This document shows positions 1 to 6,755 of a DNA stretch of 25,793 bases, piece by piece (position 1 is the first letter of the stretch; each line of letters opens with the position of its first letter). A model generated the notes under the pieces. The model was not told the origin of the DNA. It made no database searches and was given only the letters and a program-made list of their open reading frames with translations. The stretch is taken from assembly GCA_037441385.1 (NCBI GenBank), contig JBBISH010000092.1:1-25793 (forward strand), written 5' to 3'. Both the position numbers and the translations under genes were made by a program. The DNA comes from Myxococcales bacterium (lineage in GTDB: Bacteria; Myxococcota_A; UBA9042).

Positions 1-1
1 G

Positions 2-2836
2 ACGGACAACGGCTGCGACGACGACAAGGACGGCTACTGCGACTCGGCCTACACCGTGGTGGGCACGCCGGCCATCTGCACGTCGGGCGGCGGCGACTGC
101 GACGACCAGAACAACCTGGTACGCCCCGGCAAGCCCGAAATCTGCGACAACGCCGACAACAACTGCTCGGGCGCCACCGACGAAGGCTGCGACGACGACT
201 TGGACCAGTACTGCGACAGCTCGATGTCGATCATCGGCACGCCCACCAAGTGCATCAAGGGCGGCGGTGACTGCAACGACACGAACGCCGCGATCAACCC
301 GGGCGCGACGGAAGTCTGCGACGGCGTGGACAACAACTGCGCGGCCGGCACCGACGAAGTCTGCAAGGACTCGGACGGCGACGGCTACTGCGTGGGCACG
401 GTGGCGGTCAGCACGGCTTGCCCCAAGGGCGGTGGTGACTGCAACGATACGAACATTAACGTCAACCCCGGCAAGACCGAGACGTGCGCAACCGAGTTCG
501 ACGACAACTGCGACGGCAACAACAACCCGGTTGGCGCCACCGCGTGCACCAACTTCTACGCAGACGTCGACGGCGACGGGTTTGGCGCTGGCGCGGCCAC
601 ATGTCAGTGCTTCCAGTCCGCGGGCAAGACGGCCCTGACCAACGGCGACTGCAACGACAACTCGGCCGCCATCAATCCTGGCGCGACCGAGATCTGCGAC
701 GGCGCTGACAACAACTGCACGGGCGGCTTGGACGAAGGCTGCGACGTTGACGGCGACCTCTACTGCGCAAGCAGCATGTCGATCACCTCGACGGCGGCCT
801 GCACCAAGAGCGCCAAGCCAGCCGCCGGCCAGACCAAGGCCGGCGACGACTGCAACGACAACGCCAACACGGTCAACCCGGGCACCGCCGAGATCTGCGA
901 CAACCTGGACAACAACTGCAACGGCGCCGTCGACGAGGGCTGCGACGACGACAACGACAACTACTGCGACTCGGGCATGACCATCTCTGGCACCGTGTCT
1001 ACGTGCACGGCGGGCGGCGGCGACTGCAACGACACGGACGCGGCCGTCAAGCCGGGCGCAGTCGAGAACTGCACCACCGCGGCCGACGAGAACTGCAACG
1101 GCGTCACCAACGAGCAGGGCGGCGCAGGCTGCACCAACTTCTACCTGGATGTCGACGGCGACGGTTACGGCGTCTCGACCGTGCAGTGCTGGTGCGCCGC
1201 CAGCGGCAACTACCGCGCCACCAAGGGCGGCGACTGCAACGACGCCAACCCACTGGTGTACCCGAACACCAGCGCCGAGTCGTGCAACAACGTCGACGAC
1301 AACTGCAACGGCGTCACCGACGAAGGTTGCGACGACGACAAGGATGGCTACTGCGACAAGAGCATGACGTACACCACTTCGACGGCCTGCCCGTCGGGCG
1401 GTGGCGACTGCGACGACAACAGCGCCTTGGTCAAGCCCAGCGCCACCGAGTTGTGCGACGACGTGGACAACAACTGCAACGCCCAGACCGACGAAGCCTG
1501 CAATGCCGACGGCGACGCCTACTGCAGCAGCGCCAAGGTGACCATCGGCACGCCTGCCGTGTGTACCTCGGGCGGCGGCGACTGCGACGACACCAACCCG
1601 GCGATCAAGCCCGGCGGCAGCGAGACCTGCAACAGCAAGGACGACAACTGCAACGGCCTGACCGACGAGCTGGGTGCCACAGGCTGCGCCAACTGGTACT
1701 ACGATGGCGATCAGGACGGCGTGGGCATCAGCTCGTTTGTGTGCTCGTGCGCGGCCACCGGCCTGTACACCACCAAGACCACGGGAGATTGCGACGATAC
1801 GTGCCCGACTTGCGCCCCTGGCAAGCCCGAGCTGTGCGACGCCAAGGACAACAACTGCAACAGCAGCGTCGACGAAGGCTGCAACGCCGACAACGATGGC
1901 TACTGCACCGCGGCCATGGTCACGGTCGGCACGCCGGCGGTCTGTACCAAGGGCGGCGGCGACTGTGCCGACACCAACGCCAGCATCAACCCCGGAGCGG
2001 CCGAGTCGTGCAACAACGTGGACGACAACTGCAACGGCACGACCGACGAGAACGCCAGCGATCAGTGCCCGGCCTACGCCAACGCCGTGGTCCAGTGCGT
2101 GGCGGGCTCGTGCCAGCTGAAGAACTGCTTCAAGGACTTCTACAACTTGAACGGCTCGGTCAGCGACGGCTGCGAGTGCAACGGTACCGACGTGTACGAA
2201 CCGAACGACACCTGCGCAGCGGCGTACGTCGTCAGCACCAACTTGAAGGACGGCTATGGCAGCAACGGCGCCAAGGAGATCGTCAGTGCGCGCCTGGTCG
2301 ACACGACCGATACCGACTGGTACGCCGTGTACGCGACGGACAACGCCGACGGCGGCTACGCGGCCTGCGACGCCTTCAACCTCCGCGTGGTCTTTACCAA
2401 CAACCCCGGCGGCAACCTGCGCTTTGACGTGTGGCGCGGCACCTGCCCGGCCGGCGGCACCAACTCCGTCTGCTGCGGCCGGACCGACTTCAATTGGTTC
2501 ACCAACTTCAAGTCGGGCACTTCGGTCGGCGGCAACTGGTCGGGCTACGGCGAGTGCCCATGCCAGACCGGCAACCAGTTTGACCAAAGCAACACGGGCT
2601 GGAGCATTCCGCCGGGCTACCCGGGCGGCGGCGGTCCGTACTGCATGAACTACAACAGCGGCTACGTCTGCGTGCCGACGGGCTTCTACTTTACGCAGTG
2701 CCAGGACGACTCGGCTTGGTTCTACGTGAAGGTCTACAAAGCTTCGGGCTCGCCCAACTGCGCCAACTACTCGCTCGAGTTCACCAACGGCATCTACGGT
2801 CAGCCCGGCACGGGCGCCGGCAGGGCCGGCTACTGA
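2..2836 (+). CDS. Large extracellular Cys/Asp-rich protein with putative metal-binding (MopE-type, PF11617-like) repeats and a C-terminal PPC-like beta domain; 5'-truncated
   Basis: Frame open from base 2 (TDNGCDDDKDGYCD...) to TGA at 2834-2836. Contains 11 copies of DC[ND]D-x6-PG-x2-E-x-C-x3-D[ND]NC-x4-DE, interspersed DxDxDG Ca-binding-like motifs, and a C-terminal YEPNDT...DTDWY...FYVKVY...YSLEF domain. Confidence 0.85.
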   Translation, partial: TDNGCDDDKDGYCDSAYTVVGTPAICTSGGGDCDDQNNLVRPGKPEICDNADNNCSGATDEGCDDDLDQYCDSSMSIIGTPTKCIKGGGDCNDTNAAINPGATEVCDGVDNNCAAGTDEVCKDSDGDGYCVGTVAVSTACPKGGGDCNDTNINVNPGKTETCATEFDDNCDGNNNPVGATACTNFYADVDGDGFGAGAATCQCFQSAGKTALTNGDCNDNSAAINPGATEICDGADNNCTGGLDEGCDVDGDLYCASSMSITSTAACTKSAKPAAGQTKAGDDCNDNANTVNPGTAEICDNLDNNCNGAVDEGCDDDNDNYCDSGMTISGTVSTCTAGGGDCNDTDAAVKPGAVENCTTAADENCNGVTNEQGGAGCTNFYLDVDGDGYGVSTVQCWCAASGNYRATKGGDCNDANPLVYPNTSAESCNNVDDNCNGVTDEGCDDDKDGYCDKSMTYTTSTACPSGGGDCDDNSALVKPSATELCDDVDNNCNAQTDEACNADGDAYCSSAKVTIGTPAVCTSGGGDCDDTNPAIKPGGSETCNSKDDNCNGLTDELGATGCANWYYDGDQDGVGISSFVCSCAATGLYTTKTTGDCDDTCPTCAPGKPELCDAKDNNCNSSVDEGCNADNDGYCTAAMVTVGTPAVCTKGGGDCADTNASINPGAAESCNNVDDNCNGTTDENASDQCPAYANAVVQCVAGSCQLKNCFKDFYNLNGSVSDGCECNGTDVYEPNDTCAAAYVVSTNLKDGYGSNGAKEIVSARLVDTTDTDWYAVYATDNADGGYAACDAFNLRVVFTNNPGGNLRFDVWRGTCPAGGTNSVCCGRTDFNWFTNFKSGTSVGGNWSGYGECPCQTGNQFDQSNTGWSIPPGYPGGGGPYCMNYNSGYVCVPTGFYFTQCQDDSAWFYVKVYKASGSPNCANYSLEFTNGIYGQPGTGAGRAGY
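95..2052 (+). repeat. Intragenic tandem array of 11 MopE-type metal-binding repeats
   Basis: Recurring gactgc(a/g)acgac...ga(c)(a/g)acaactgc...gacga(a/g) units, counted in the translation. Confidence 0.85.
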
Positions 2837-3011
2837 CGCCCATAGCTCTTGCCGAAGCTGCTGCCTGATCGCCAAGGAATTCAACGCGATCGGGCTGGCA
2901 GCCAGGGCAACGTCGGCGCGCTCCCTTCGACTCGGCCAGCGCTGGGCCTGCGTTCAACGCTGTCCTTGTTGAGCTTGCCTTGCCCCAGTTGGTGCGGGTG
3001 GGCGGGGCGCA

Positions 3012-3039
3012 TTGAGGCGGCTACGCTTTCGTCTATGAT
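3012..3039 (+). promoter_or_regulatory. Sigma70-like promoter for tRNA-Leu (and possibly the helicase)
   Basis: TTGAGG (3012-3017), 16-bp spacer, TATGAT (3034-3039), then a GC-rich stretch; about 50 bp upstream of the tRNA. Confidence 0.55.
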
Positions 3040-3087
3040 ACGCGTACCGCGCGGAGCCGAGTGGCGCGCAAGGGGCGACAGGGAAAG

Positions 3088-3171
3088 GCCGGGATGGCGG
3101 AATGGTAGACGCAGGGGACTTAAACTCCCCAGGGCGCAAAGCTCGTACGGGTTCGAGTCCCGTTCCCGGCA
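3088..3171 (+). tRNA. tRNA-Leu, anticodon TAA (reads UUA); CCA end not encoded
   Basis: Acceptor stem GCCGGGA/TCCCGGC, D-arm GCGGAATGGTAGACGC, anticodon arm GGGGA-CTTAAAC-TCCCC, long variable arm GGGC-GCAAA-GCTC, T-arm ACGGG-TTCGAGT-CCCGT, discriminator A followed by CCG. Confidence 0.96.
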
Positions 3172-3213
3172 CCGCTGCCACCCCAACAGGACCCTGGTCC
3201 CGAAGGAACTGGC

Positions 3214-5751
3214 GTGCAAAATCATCCCTCTGCGGCCGAGCTTCAGGCGCGGGCCAAGCAGCTGCCGATTGCTGCGTGCGAGCAACAGCTGGTCAACACG
3301 ATCCGTCGCCACCAAGTGACGGTGGTGGTAGGGCCCACCGGCTGCGGCAAGACGACCCAACTCCCCCAAATGCTGCTGCGGGCTGGGCTTGCAGAAAAGG
3401 CCATCTGCGTCACGCAGCCGCGGCGCATTGCGGCGGTCTCGGTGGCGTGGCGCGTGGCGGCGGAGATGGGCGTGGAGTGCGGCCGCGAGGTAGGATACTG
3501 CATTCGCTTTGACGACTGCAGCGAGCCCGACACCCGTCTGCGCATTGTTACTGACGGAATCCTGTTGCAAGAAGCGCACTTTGACGCCCACTGGCAACGC
3601 TACAGCGTCATCGTGATCGACGAAGCGCACGAGCGCACGCTGAACATCGATTTCGCCCTTGGCCTGCTGCACGAGGCGCTTCTGGCGCGGCCAGATTTAC
3701 GCGTCGTGATCAGCTCTGCCACGTTGAATCCGCAGAAATTTGTGGATTTCTTTGCAGATGTGGGTGGGGCTGTGCCGGTTGTTGAGATTCCGTCGCGGCC
3801 GCATCCCGTGCAAATCCACTACCGGCCCATGGCCGACAGCCGCACCGATGCGATGGTTGATGCGGTGGTCCGCGAGGCGATGGCGATCTTGCGGAGCCGC
3901 GAGCCTGGCCACGTCTTGGTGTTCTTGCCGGGCGAGGACGCGATCAAGCGGACCGCCACCGCCCTGCGCAGCTACGGGGTGGACCGCGACTGCGCGATCA
4001 TGCCGCTCTACGGTGCGCTGCGACGCGAGGATCAAGAGAGCATTTTTGACGAGGTTGGGCGGCGCAAGATCATCATTGCCACCAACATCGCCGAGACGTC
4101 GATCACCATCGACGGCGTGCGCTTCGTCATCGACAGCGGCCTGGCCAAGGTGCCGCGGACGGTGGCGCAGCGCGGCATCACCATTCTGCGCGAAGAGGGG
4201 ATCAGCCGGGCTTCCGCGGACCAGCGGGCCGGGCGGGCCGGTCGCACCGCGCCGGGTATCTGCGTCCGCCTGTACTCGCCCGAAGACTACCAAAGGCGAC
4301 CTGCATTTACCGACGAAGAGATTCTGCGGTTGGACCTGGCCGAGACTGTGCTGCGCCTGACCGACTTGGGCGTCAAGAAGATCGAGAGCTTTGCGTTCCC
4401 AACCGCGCCGCCGCGGGGCCGGATCTTGGCGGCGATCGAGCAGTTGCAGCTCTTGGGTGCGCTGGACGCGGACCGCAACCTGACAGCGGCGGGCAAGCTG
4501 ATGGCGATCCTGCCGCTGACGCCTAGCCTGGGCCGGATGGTGGTCGAGGCGGTGGAGCACCACCCGCAAGCGGCGGACGACGCCGTTTGGCTCGCAGCGT
4601 GGCTCTCGGGTCGGCTGGCCTTTGTCTACCCCGATCAGGAAGAGGATCGAGCACGCCGCCGCCACGAACAGCTGGGCGATCCGCTGGGCGATGCCGCAAC
4701 GGCCTTGCGCATCATCCACGAGTGGCAGAGTTCGGGCGACAGCCGCGTCTACTGTGCGCGCAACTACCTGGACCACGACGTGCTGGCTTTTGCCGAAAGT
4801 GCCCACGATCAGTTGGTGGACACGCTGACGGGCCTGGGCAAGTCCGTGGGGAGCGGCGGCGATGCCGAGGCCGTGCTGTACTGCATGGCCACTGGGTTTG
4901 CCCAGAACTTCTTGATCTGCTGCGGCAAGCATTACCAGGGTTCCAGCGACGACCGCATTTGGCTCCACCCGTCGAGCTCGCTGTACGGCCGCACGCCGCG
5001 CTTTGTCGTCGCAGCGGAGATTGTGGTTTCGCAACGGGCCTACGCCCGCCAGGTGTCGCAGATTCGCGGTCACTGGGTCAGCACGCTGCGCCCGGATCTT
5101 GCTGAGTTGTGGCATTTGCGGCCCGAGCGCCTTGCCAAGGCCGAAGGCCAGCAAGCCCCAGCGCCGACCACGCTGCAGCTTGGGCCGGTGGCGGTGCCCG
5201 TCTCGGCTGCCAAGGGCAAACCGCGGGTCGAGATCGCCGTGGACCAAGTGCCGGCCTTGATCGCCGCCCAGCCCATCGAGCTTCCCAAGACCGTGCAACG
5301 GTTTGCCGCGAGCGTCCGCGTTGGTATCTACGAGTTTGCCCAGGGCACGCCGCTTGGGGCGCTGCTCGCTGTCCTCCCGCTGTTGCCGCTGCCGGCGCCG
5401 GGGCAAGACTTGCATTGTCGGGTTCCAGAGGGCGCCTTGCTCGACGTGCACCGCAACCGGCACAACCTGCTGCGTCACCTGGACTTGCTGCTGACGCCGA
5501 TGCTACCGCACGCCGGCAAGCGCCCCGGCTGGGTTGGCCTGCTCTGCAACGGGGACGAGGGCTACTGGTACGAGATCCTTAGCGATTACCGCGAGGCCGT
5601 GCTCGCCAGCGATGCGGCAACGGCGCTCTTGGCCGAGCAACTGGGCGATGACCCAGAAGCCACTGCCGTCGTCGCTCCGGTTGCCGATCGCCTGGACACG
5701 GCGGCCCGCGCCGTGCGGCAGGCCTACGCCCAGGGCCGAGGCGACCGCTAG
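3214..5751 (+). CDS. hrpA: DEAH-box ATP-dependent RNA helicase, HrpA-like (845 aa)
   Basis: Motifs GPTGCGKTTQLPQ, TQPRRIAA, TDGIL, DEAHER, SAT, ATNIAETSITIDG and QRAGRAGR, followed by HA2 and OB-fold (IWLHPSSSL) regions. GTG start preceded by AAGGAA. Confidence 0.9.
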   Translation: MQNHPSAAELQARAKQLPIAACEQQLVNTIRRHQVTVVVGPTGCGKTTQLPQMLLRAGLAEKAICVTQPRRIAAVSVAWRVAAEMGVECGREVGYCIRFDDCSEPDTRLRIVTDGILLQEAHFDAHWQRYSVIVIDEAHERTLNIDFALGLLHEALLARPDLRVVISSATLNPQKFVDFFADVGGAVPVVEIPSRPHPVQIHYRPMADSRTDAMVDAVVREAMAILRSREPGHVLVFLPGEDAIKRTATALRSYGVDRDCAIMPLYGALRREDQESIFDEVGRRKIIIATNIAETSITIDGVRFVIDSGLAKVPRTVAQRGITILREEGISRASADQRAGRAGRTAPGICVRLYSPEDYQRRPAFTDEEILRLDLAETVLRLTDLGVKKIESFAFPTAPPRGRILAAIEQLQLLGALDADRNLTAAGKLMAILPLTPSLGRMVVEAVEHHPQAADDAVWLAAWLSGRLAFVYPDQEEDRARRRHEQLGDPLGDAATALRIIHEWQSSGDSRVYCARNYLDHDVLAFAESAHDQLVDTLTGLGKSVGSGGDAEAVLYCMATGFAQNFLICCGKHYQGSSDDRIWLHPSSSLYGRTPRFVVAAEIVVSQRAYARQVSQIRGHWVSTLRPDLAELWHLRPERLAKAEGQQAPAPTTLQLGPVAVPVSAAKGKPRVEIAVDQVPALIAAQPIELPKTVQRFAASVRVGIYEFAQGTPLGALLAVLPLLPLPAPGQDLHCRVPEGALLDVHRNRHNLLRHLDLLLTPMLPHAGKRPGWVGLLCNGDEGYWYEILSDYREAVLASDAATALLAEQLGDDPEATAVVAPVADRLDTAARAVRQAYAQGRGDR

Positions 5752-6058
5752 CACACCAACTACAAACCTCCGAAGCTCAGACCAACGAAGGCAGGCGCCG
5801 GCGAAAACGCGTTGATGCTTGTCCGGAATCCGTCAGAGTCGGCTCGAAAACTCTGGCAATTCTTCGGGCCCCCCCACCGGGGTCCCGATTGGCATGCGCT
5901 CCGCCGCCGCTTGCTCCGGCGCGACCTTCCAATCGACGACGGCGTACGCCCCTTGTGGCCGAAAAACGCCAACGGCGGACAGCCCGCTAGGGCACATCCG
6001 CCGCTGGTGAATCCGGAAGCGTTCGGACCGAAGCCCGCCACGCCAAGATCGAGGCGAC

Positions 6059-6334
6059 TTACTTGTCGGCCTTCTTCTCTTCCTTCTTCTCGGCCTTCTT
6101 CTCGGCCTTCTCAGCCTTCTTCTCGGCCTTGTCGGCCTTCTTCTCGGCCTTCTCAGCCTTCTTCTCGGCCTTGTCGGCCTTCTTCTCGGCCTTCTCAGCC
6201 TTCTTCTCGGCCTTCTCGGCCTTCTTCTCGACCTTCTCGGCCTTCTTCTCGGCCTTCGGGGCAGCATCATCAGCCATCACGGGAGCGGCGAAAGCAAGAC
6301 CCAGAACGACGGCGAGAGCGGTGATCAGACGCAT
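6059..6334 (-). CDS. Small secreted Lys/Glu/Ala-rich repeat protein (91 aa)
   Basis: ATG at 6334 with a GGAG RBS, signal peptide MRLITALAVVLGLAFAAPVMA, then (AEKKAEK)n; TAA stop at 6059-6061. Confidence 0.8.
   Translation of the reverse strand: MRLITALAVVLGLAFAAPVMADDAAPKAEKKAEKVEKKAEKAEKKAEKAEKKADKAEKKAEKAEKKADKAEKKAEKAEKKAEKKEEKKADK
6062..6256 (-). repeat. 21-bp tandem repeat encoding AEKKA[ED]K heptads
   Basis: About 8-9 near-identical copies of gccgagaagaaggccga(g/c)aag on the - strand, with a 42-bp super-period in the middle. Confidence 0.9.
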
Positions 6335-6575
6335 GATGACTCCAAGATGCAGCGGCGCTGCTGTAGTTTGCGCGAAGTGCGCAGAATTAGCGACCGGTGG
6401 TCGCGATGATGGCCGGTGAGCAGTGGCACTCGCCACACCCCGGCCTCCGTCACGAAGGGCTACCCGACCGCCGGACGCGCACTCGGTCGGACTGTCGGTC
6501 TGGTGCAGCGCCAAGAGCGTGCCTGACCGACAACCATTCTGACACGGCGACCAGGCGAAAGGTAAAATGCCGAAA

Positions 6576-6591
6576 TGGCATCTTGCTCGCT
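6576..6591 (+). promoter_or_regulatory. Possible sigma54 (-24/-12) promoter upstream of the C39-like peptidase gene
   Basis: TGGCATCTTGCTCGCT fits the GG-N10-GC spacing of TGGCACG-N4-TTGCW with 3 mismatches. Confidence 0.3.
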
Positions 6592-6755
6592 CTGTCACCG
6601 CCCGCCAGCGCGAAGCCAGCCGGTTGCGTAGGGTCCATGAAAAACGTCGCGCCGTCAAGCACCTTCCAACTGGGTGCGCGACGCCCCAGCCGGCCGGGCG
6701 ACCGCTTGCACCCAGCAAACGGCAGTGCCATCCTGACCCGAGTACGGAGGACGTC

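Noticed and set aside
1003..2427. Long Arg-rich alternate-frame ORF, and similar shadow ORFs such as 3697-5478, 10262-11506, 17840-19336 and 23476-24552
   Set aside because: These are off-frame or antisense artefacts of GC-rich codon bias overlapping well-supported genes.
3088..3180. tRNA as a prophage or genomic-island attachment site
   Set aside because: No integrase, no duplicated tRNA 3' end and no clear compositional shift within the window.
2849..3319. 156-aa ORF spanning the tRNA
   Set aside because: It overlaps a canonical tRNA and its promoter and has no protein motif.
5752..6058. Intrinsic terminator or sRNA in the convergent gap after the helicase
   Set aside because: No strong stem with a U-tract or recognisable RNA motif.
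6062..6256. Tandem repeat considered as a CRISPR array
   Set aside because: There are no unique spacers or cas genes; it is an in-frame coding repeat.
5812..6419. ORFs reading RPSS, RRP or SAFF repeats
   Set aside because: They are other frames of the AEKKAEK repeat; only 6334-6059 has an RBS and a signal peptide.
6555..6640. AAAGGTAAAATGCCGAAATGGCAT resembling the 5' part of a c-di-GMP-I (GEMM) riboswitch
   Set aside because: The following ACGCAAAGC junction and second stem are absent.
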